The notes under the pieces are model-generated. The model had not been told where the DNA came from. It ran no database searches and was given only the letters and a program-made list of their open reading frames with translations. A stretch of DNA of 64,000 nt from assembly GCA_002868945.1 (NCBI GenBank), contig PKTX01000001.1:18310-82309 (forward strand), read 5' to 3'. The position numbers were made by a program, and so were the translations under genes. Shown piece after piece: positions 58,738-64,000 of this stretch (position 1 is its first letter; every line of letters begins with the position of its first letter). The stretch is from Desulfobulbaceae bacterium. Lineage in GTDB: Bacteria > Desulfobacterota > Desulfobulbia > Desulfobulbales > SURF-16.

Positions 58738-58811
58738 TGGGAGATCGTCTAATGGTAGGACTGCAGACTCTGACTCTGCCTATCGGGGTTCGAATCCCTG
58801 TCTCCCAGCCA
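58738..58811 (+). tRNA. tRNA-Gln (anticodon CUG)
   Basis: Manual cloverleaf: TGGGAGA acceptor, anticodon arm GCAGA-CTCTGAC-TCTGC, T arm CGGGGTTCGAATCCCTG, and an encoded CCA. Confidence 0.9.
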
Positions 58812-58920
58812 CTTCTCTTTTTCAAAGACTCCTATTTACAAATTCCCCCGCACTGACCCAAACAGCGTCCTCCAGGTGAGCTACACGGCTGTCCAGATGC
58901 TGTTGGCAGCTTGTCACTGC

Positions 58921-59493
58921 TCAGGCGCTGACATCCACGAGGCTGCCGCCCAGCTCCGAGATTTTGGCATCAATCAACTCCAGCGTCCTCTCCAGGGTCT
59001 GAGAGCTGATTTCAGGGAGCTTACCGCCCCAAATCTCTTCCGCCTCCTGAAAGCCCTTGAGGACCCCCTCCCGACCGGCCTGCAAGCGGTCAAGATCATC
59101 ACCAGCGCCGCTCAGGACAAAGTCGGCGATACGCTGCGCCGTCTTGCTGACGCCGAAATGACCATCTTCGTCAATCAACCGGCTCGCCTCGTCCGGGCTC
59201 AATTCAACCAGGGGCGTGCCGTTATACTCCATTGCCTCCAGGTCAAGACCTGTTGTCTCTCCCGATTGGCCAAGGGCGGCCTGCGTCTGCAGAGTGGTGC
59301 TACTCTCTTTCTTAACCACGAGTAGAAACTCAACCAGGTTGGCCTGCATGGCCAGCCGTCCATCAACAGGCCTCGTTGTTTCGTTCTGCCGCACCCCCTT
59401 TTTGCCGGGGGCAGCCTCTTTTGCCATTTTATCCTGGAGAGGTCTCAAGGCCTGCTTCTGAAGATCTGCTTTGCCGATATCCGTCATAACCAT
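58921..59493 (-). CDS. hypothetical protein (C-terminal half resembles DUF5610-type domain)
   Basis: 190-aa ORF. The segment GHFGVSKTAQRIADFVLSGAG...GVLKGFQEAEEIWGGKLPEIS recalls DUF5610 from memory only. Confidence 0.45.
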   Translation of the reverse strand: MVMTDIGKADLQKQALRPLQDKMAKEAAPGKKGVRQNETTRPVDGRLAMQANLVEFLLVVKKESSTTLQTQAALGQSGETTGLDLEAMEYNGTPLVELSPDEASRLIDEDGHFGVSKTAQRIADFVLSGAGDDLDRLQAGREGVLKGFQEAEEIWGGKLPEISSQTLERTLELIDAKISELGGSLVDVSA

Positions 59494-59863
59494 TTCCCCC
59501 TGCGAAAATTTTATAAAACCCCTATGCCTTCTTCATACTATAAGAACAAAAAGGGCCATGGGAAATAAAATGACCACTTTTGCTTCGGCAACCAGCAGGA
59601 GAAGCTGCCACAAAGGACCTCCCCGCTATTTTGCTGTTGCCCCATGCCGCCTGGCCACGATACACTTATTTTTTGACACCTTAACCTTGTCAACCTCTTT
59701 TTATGGTGCTGTACAGGAGTGATGGTTGTCTTGCCGATGCAGAGCCAGGCGCAGCAGTTGCCATAGTGCCGCGCTCTTGATCCCTTACCTCAAGGCAGCG
59801 GCGGCGGCCACGGCCAATGAGGTCGGCCAACCACGACAATCTTTCAGATCAGGAGCTGGAGAA

Positions 59864-60874
59864 ATGAAGGAAGCCCTTTTTTATTCAAAAGCCGAAGAGA
59901 ACAAGGTCGTATGTGGCCTGTGCAACCATCATTGCCACATCAGTCCCGGCAAACGGGGGATATGCGGTGTGCGGGAGAACCGGGACGGCACCCTCTATAG
60001 CCTGGTTTACGGCCGGCTTATTTCCGGCAACAGTGATCCCATAGAAAAGAAACCGCTCTTTCACGTGCTGCCCGGCTCCAAAAGCTACTCCATTGCCACG
60101 GTGGGCTGCAACTTCAGGTGTCGGCACTGCCAGAACTATGAGATATCGCAATATCCGCATCTCCATAACAATGAGATAATCGGCAGCACCAGGAGCCCGG
60201 CCCAGGTGGTGGAGGCGGCCCTGGCGGCCGACTGCGCCACAATCAGCTACACCTATGTGGAGCCCACTATTTTTTATGAGTTTGCCTACGATTGTGCACT
60301 GCTGGCCCATGAGCACGATCTGAAAAACGTCTTTGTCAGCAACGGTTATATGGCGCCGGAGGTCAGTCGTCATATTGCCCCGCTTCTCGACGCCATTAAT
60401 ATCGACATCAAGGCCTTTACCGACGATTTCTACAAGAAGATCTGTTCGGCCCGACTGCAGCCCGTTCTGGACAATGTGCGTCTCATGCATGAGCTGGGAG
60501 TGTGGCTTGAGACCACCACCCTGCTTATTCCGGGCCTCAACGATTCCGACCGGGAATTACAGGATCTGGCCCGCTTCATTAAAAGTGTTGATTCGAACAT
60601 ACCCTGGCATGTCACCGCCTTTTATCCCACCTATAAACTGACCGATCGCCCCCCCACGCCGGTGGAAACCCTGCGCCGGGCCCGGCAGATCGGCCTTGAC
60701 GAGGGGCTTCGTCATGTCTATGAGGGTAATATCCCCGGTGAAGGCGGCGAAAACACCTATTGCCCCACGTGCGGCGCCGAACTGATCAGTCGTTTTGGTA
60801 TGCATACCAGGGCCAACCACCTGACTGGCGGCTGCTGCAACAAATGTCGGGAGACCATCAAGGGTATCTGGTAA
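59864..60874 (+). CDS. AmmeMemoRadiSam-system radical SAM enzyme
   Basis: N-terminal Cys-rich CGLCNHHCHISPGKRGICGVRE, radical SAM CNFRCRHCQN, and C-terminal CPTCG...CCNKC. AGGAG RBS before ATG 59864. Confidence 0.8.
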   Translation: MKEALFYSKAEENKVVCGLCNHHCHISPGKRGICGVRENRDGTLYSLVYGRLISGNSDPIEKKPLFHVLPGSKSYSIATVGCNFRCRHCQNYEISQYPHLHNNEIIGSTRSPAQVVEAALAADCATISYTYVEPTIFYEFAYDCALLAHEHDLKNVFVSNGYMAPEVSRHIAPLLDAINIDIKAFTDDFYKKICSARLQPVLDNVRLMHELGVWLETTTLLIPGLNDSDRELQDLARFIKSVDSNIPWHVTAFYPTYKLTDRPPTPVETLRRARQIGLDEGLRHVYEGNIPGEGGENTYCPTCGAELISRFGMHTRANHLTGGCCNKCRETIKGIW

Positions 60875-60885
60875 CAGCCCCATGG

Positions 60886-61010
60886 CAGCCCGTTGAAAAA
60901 CTACGGCGCTCGAAGGTCTCTCTGCATTTGCTATCTGGTCATCCGTTATCTCAATTCGGCTGCGGGGCGCGCATTTTTCCTTGCGCAAGCGGCACTCGCT
61001 CCCTACTGCC
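60886..61010. repeat. truncated/degenerate D-type copy (D4)
   Basis: CAGCCCGTTGAAAAACTACGGCGCTCGAAGGTCTCTCT aligns with the D2 left end. No matching right terminus is found. Confidence 0.6.
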
Positions 61011-61175
61011 AGCCTTCGCCCGCCCGCCACTCTCCCCGCGCCAAGGCGGTTCCCTGTCCGGAAGCAGGCACCTCTATTGACGAATCGTCTCGTCATGCTT
61101 ACAGTGGCGCTTTATCAAGATACGGCGCAGGAGGTCGCACTCCCCGTCAACAATGCGCAAAACAAGGAGCAAACC

Positions 61176-61577
61176 GTGAAGAGTATTCGGTATATCAGCG
61201 CCGCATTTACCGGCGGAGCATTGGCAGCCCTGCTGGATAGTTTTAATATCTGGGCCATGGGCAAGGTGGGCATTTCAGATTTTCTCGGTATCACCATGAA
61301 GCCTCAGTTTACCGCGCCTTGGCTCTATGAACGAATGATCTGGGGCGGTATCTGGATGCTTTTACTGCTGTTGCCCATCATGCGCAGCCGGACCATCTTA
61401 CGGGGCATGCTCTTCAGCCTTTTGCCCTCTGCCATGATGCTCTTCATGGTGCTGCCCACCATGGGCAAGGGCATGTTGGGCCTTGGTTTCGGTAATTTGA
61501 TGCCCTTTGTGGTGGTACTCCTCAACTTTATTTACGGTATTTTTGCCTCATATTGGTATAGCCTGGCTAAGAGATAG
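61176..61577 (+). CDS. small integral membrane protein (hypothetical)
   Basis: GTG start preceded by AAGGAG. About 4 hydrophobic helices. The upstream part of the ORF-track entry runs through repeat D4 and was discarded. Confidence 0.5.
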   Translation: MKSIRYISAAFTGGALAALLDSFNIWAMGKVGISDFLGITMKPQFTAPWLYERMIWGGIWMLLLLLPIMRSRTILRGMLFSLLPSAMMLFMVLPTMGKGMLGLGFGNLMPFVVVLLNFIYGIFASYWYSLAKR

Positions 61578-61664
61578 CACCCCCGACAGGTTTGACAAAA
61601 AATATTGGCTTTTCTTGTCTTTGGGCGCCGGGCGGGCAAGAACAGTATCTGTTCGGGAAAAAGA

Positions 61665-61758
61665 CATTTCAGAGTCTCGCCGCCTCCCCTTATTTGTTCG
61701 AGATCAAGGAGTGCGAGAAATATAAGCACTATCCTGTATCTAGCCATTCCTGATATCC
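61665..61758. repeat. fragment of a C-type-related repeat
   Basis: CATTTCAGAGTCTCGCC...TTGTTCGAGATCAAGGAGTGCGAGAAATATAAGCAC aligns with the interior of C1 (TTCGTTCGAGATCAAGGACTGCGAGAAAAATAAGCGC). Confidence 0.6.
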
Positions 61759-61775
61759 CGTAAAGGAGCTTATTT

Positions 61776-62432
61776 ATGCCAATAAAAATTATCGGTGTCT
61801 CCGGTTCACCCCTACCGGACAGCAATACGGATCGGGCCTTGCAGATTGCCCTGGCCGCCACCGGTCATCAAACAGAGTTTATCAAGCTGAGCGATCTGAG
61901 CCTGGCCCCCTGCAACGCCTGCCTCGGTTGTATCGCTACAAACAGTTGCGTCCTCCAGGATGACGGTATAAAGCTTGCCGAAAAGGTCTTTAAGGCCAAT
62001 GGCCTGATCATTGCCGGCTGGACGCCCTACTCCACCATTGACAGCCGTACCAAAACCTTTATGGAACGGCTCTACCCGCTGCGGCATCGTCATGGCCTGA
62101 TGGCCGGCAAAGCAGGGGCTGCCATCATAACCTCGGCCATTCCACCGGGTCGGGAAGGCTTGCCGGCGGCTGCTGAACTGGGGGTTGGCGCTATTGAAAA
62201 CTACATGCTGGAAGAGGGTATGAAATTTGTCGGCAGCGTCAAGGTGGCCGGCAATGTCCCCTGCGTGCGCTGTGGTGATACCGGCCAATGTTCCGTCTCC
62301 GGCCTCAAGATGATTTTTGGCCATGCCGCCACGCCGTCCGAGGTGGGCATTAACAGCCTGGAGGAGTCGCCGGCCACCATTGCCGCCCTGGAGAGGCTCG
62401 GCTCTGAGGTAGGAGCAGCAGTGTATGGTTGA
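61776..62432 (+). CDS. iron-sulfur flavoprotein (Isf-like, NADPH-dependent FMN reductase fold)
   Basis: Flavodoxin-like IIGVSGSP N-terminus and a compact CNACLGCIATNSC (Cx2Cx2Cx5C) cluster motif. Confidence 0.7.
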   Translation: MPIKIIGVSGSPLPDSNTDRALQIALAATGHQTEFIKLSDLSLAPCNACLGCIATNSCVLQDDGIKLAEKVFKANGLIIAGWTPYSTIDSRTKTFMERLYPLRHRHGLMAGKAGAAIITSAIPPGREGLPAAAELGVGAIENYMLEEGMKFVGSVKVAGNVPCVRCGDTGQCSVSGLKMIFGHAATPSEVGINSLEESPATIAALERLGSEVGAAVYG

Positions 62433-63507
62433 GCAAGCGGGACCGACAGAGAACGACAGCCCTTCAGCGGCAAGCAGTGATATTGACTGGACAACGCCTC
62501 CCCCTTTGATCGATGTGCGTTCGCCAGCTGAATTTGCCCAGGGCCATATACCAGGCGCCCGCAATGTCCCCCTGTTCAGCGATGAGGAACGGGCCACGGT
62601 CGGCACCCTCTACAAAAAGAAGGGCCGAGAGGCGGCCCTGGACAAGGGCCTGGAGTTGGTGGGCCCCAAGCTGGCCTTTCTTGTCACGGAAATCCGCCAA
62701 CATGGCGGCTGTCGGCCGCTTATTTACTGCTGGCGCGGCGGCATGCGCAGTGGTGCGGTCTGCGGCCTCATGCAGATTGTCGGTCTGTCGTGTGGACGTC
62801 TGGCCGGCGGCTATAAGGCATACCGCCGTCATATCCGCGCCTTTTTCACGAAGCCCGCCCCCCTGCTTGTGGTGGGCGGCTACACCGGTAGCGGCAAGAC
62901 CATCCTGTTGCACCGCTTGGCGCAGCAAGGTCTGCAGATTGTGGACCTGGAAGGCCTGGCCCATCACAAGGGTTCGGTCTTTGGCCATATCAACGAGCAA
63001 CAGCAGCCCAGCAACGAACAGTTTGAAAACAACCTCTTTGCCGCCATGCAGGGCCTCGACTCACAGCGCTTTATCCTGGTGGAAAATGAAAGCCGGGTGA
63101 TCGGCAAGGTCCATCTCCCTGAACCTTTTTACGAGCAGCTCCGCAGCGCGCCGCTTATCTCCCTGGACGTTCCGCAAGAGGCCAGGATCAGCAGGCTGGT
63201 TGCCGATTATGCCACCACGGATAAAGAGGAGCTGCTTGCCGCGGCCCGTTCTATCCAAAAGAAATTGGGTCGGGAAAACCTGCGCCGGGTGGAGGAGCAT
63301 ATTGTTGCCGACAACTATGGGGCGGCCTGCGCCATCCTGCTGGGCTACTATGATGTCTATTATGACCGGGGCGTCTCCAGACGCAGCAAGGAGTCGATTT
63401 ATCCCCTGTCCATTTCCGGCACGGATCTGGAGGCGGATGTCAGCCGTATTAAAGAAAAAATAGCCTCACTGGCCATTGCCTGCCGCCAGGAGCCCTGCCA
63501 TGCCTGA
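62425..63507 (+). CDS. selU: tRNA 2-selenouridine/geranyl-2-thiouridine synthase
   Basis: Rhodanese domain (IDVRSPAEFAQGHIPGARNVPL, active-site CWRGGMRS) and P-loop GGYTGSGKT. The start overlaps the upstream stop (ATGGTTGA). Confidence 0.85.
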   Translation: MVEQAGPTENDSPSAASSDIDWTTPPPLIDVRSPAEFAQGHIPGARNVPLFSDEERATVGTLYKKKGREAALDKGLELVGPKLAFLVTEIRQHGGCRPLIYCWRGGMRSGAVCGLMQIVGLSCGRLAGGYKAYRRHIRAFFTKPAPLLVVGGYTGSGKTILLHRLAQQGLQIVDLEGLAHHKGSVFGHINEQQQPSNEQFENNLFAAMQGLDSQRFILVENESRVIGKVHLPEPFYEQLRSAPLISLDVPQEARISRLVADYATTDKEELLAAARSIQKKLGRENLRRVEEHIVADNYGAACAILLGYYDVYYDRGVSRRSKESIYPLSISGTDLEADVSRIKEKIASLAIACRQEPCHA

Positions 63508-64000
63508 CCAACCGACATCGGACAGTGAGCTGCGCCGACAGCTCATGGAACTGATCATGAGCCGGGCCTATAAGAAAAACAGCAAGTTCAAGACCCCGGC
63601 CAAGATCGTCAACACCTACTTTGACTTTCTGGAAATATCCTTGAAGCATCAGGGGATAGAGCTTGCCGGTGAACTGATCTTTCGAGAGATAAAGGATCTG
63701 GAGATCCAGGCTGTGGGCGGCCCCAATCATGGGATTGCCTCTATTCTCTGTCGGGCCGCTTTCTTAAAAAAAATCGGCGTTTTCTATATTCGCGACACCA
63801 TCAAGAAGCAGGGCGATCTCAATGATCCACGCTGGATCGAATCACGGATCCGACAGGATGATCGGGTGGCCATTGTCGGAGATGTGGTGTCATCAGGAAG
63901 TCAGATAATCCGGTCTGTGGACGAGGTCAGGCAGCTCGGCGGCCTGACCAGAAAAATCATTATCATTGTTGACAGCCAGGATGGCAACGGCATCGTCAAT
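63500..64000 (+). CDS. phosphoribosyltransferase-fold protein (OPRT-like), 3' end outside the window
   Basis: My own translation from ATG 63500 is open to the end of the window. It carries the PRPP-binding motif RVAIVGDVVSSGSQ. The start overlaps the selU stop (ATGCCTGA). It is absent from the ORF track because no stop lies inside the window. Confidence 0.6.
   Translation, partial: MPDQPTSDSELRRQLMELIMSRAYKKNSKFKTPAKIVNTYFDFLEISLKHQGIELAGELIFREIKDLEIQAVGGPNHGIASILCRAAFLKKIGVFYIRDTIKKQGDLNDPRWIESRIRQDDRVAIVGDVVSSGSQIIRSVDEVRQLGGLTRKIIIIVDSQDGNGIVN

Noticed and set aside
59726-59863. N-terminal extensions suggested by the ORF track for the radical SAM gene, and likewise for nadC, pheA, moaA, prmC, cysS, xseA, tsaD, rplY and mqnB
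   Set aside because: The extensions are Arg/Ser/Ala-rich or hydrophobic junk without homology to the families, and they often overlap neighbouring genes or repeats. Internal ATG/GTG codons with RBS-like purine tracts align with the canonical N-termini.
42821-61010. Possibility that the recurring spacer repeats are a CRISPR array or an integron attC series
   Set aside because: The copies are 90-400 bp long, kilobases apart and separated by housekeeping genes. They occur in both orientations and have no regular spacing. No cas or intI gene is present.
61776-64000. Selenocysteine recoding (in-frame TGA plus SECIS) near selU
   Set aside because: No pair of adjacent same-frame ORFs split by a single TGA was visible here or elsewhere in the window, and all the genes read through normally.

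Overview
The window is a 64-kb chromosomal segment that is almost entirely housekeeping. From gene content and order I infer a sulfate-reducer-type deltaproteobacterium (Desulfobulbales-like): cobA/hemD fusion, futalosine mqnBD, DUF39 homocysteine gene, ilvBN-psd-pssA-leuA, and ispE-tRNAGln-prs-rplY-pth-carD. I did not verify this by any search. I call about 62 CDS and 3 tRNAs: Pro-CGG, Gln-UUG and Gln-CUG. They cover amino-acid, cofactor, envelope, translation and RNA-modification functions. I see no rRNA, CRISPR array, transposase, integrase, prophage or recognisable defence or toxin genes.

The main structure that gene annotation does not explain is a dense, mosaic superfamily of MITE-like intergenic repeats. 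I located at least 16 copies or fragments, roughly 2 kb in total, and every one lies in a spacer. There are four terminal-inverted-repeat types. Three complete copies carry clean 4-bp target-site duplications, and one element is nested inside another.

Other items worth a second look:
- A DUF39 homocysteine-synthesis gene is tightly linked to a LarE-like PP-loop sulfur transferase, with an AcuB-like CBS/ACT gene nearby.
- A translationally coupled trio of iron-sulfur flavoprotein, selU and a PRTase-like gene.
- A gmhA-like gene coupled to a deoxyhypusine-synthase-like gene.
- An OmpA-family protein with a very long polyacidic tail.
- A CTTGAAC heptamer microsatellite upstream of a PBP4 gene.

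I did not find a clear-cut new multi-gene system such as a defence island. All functional links are inferences from adjacency and motifs.
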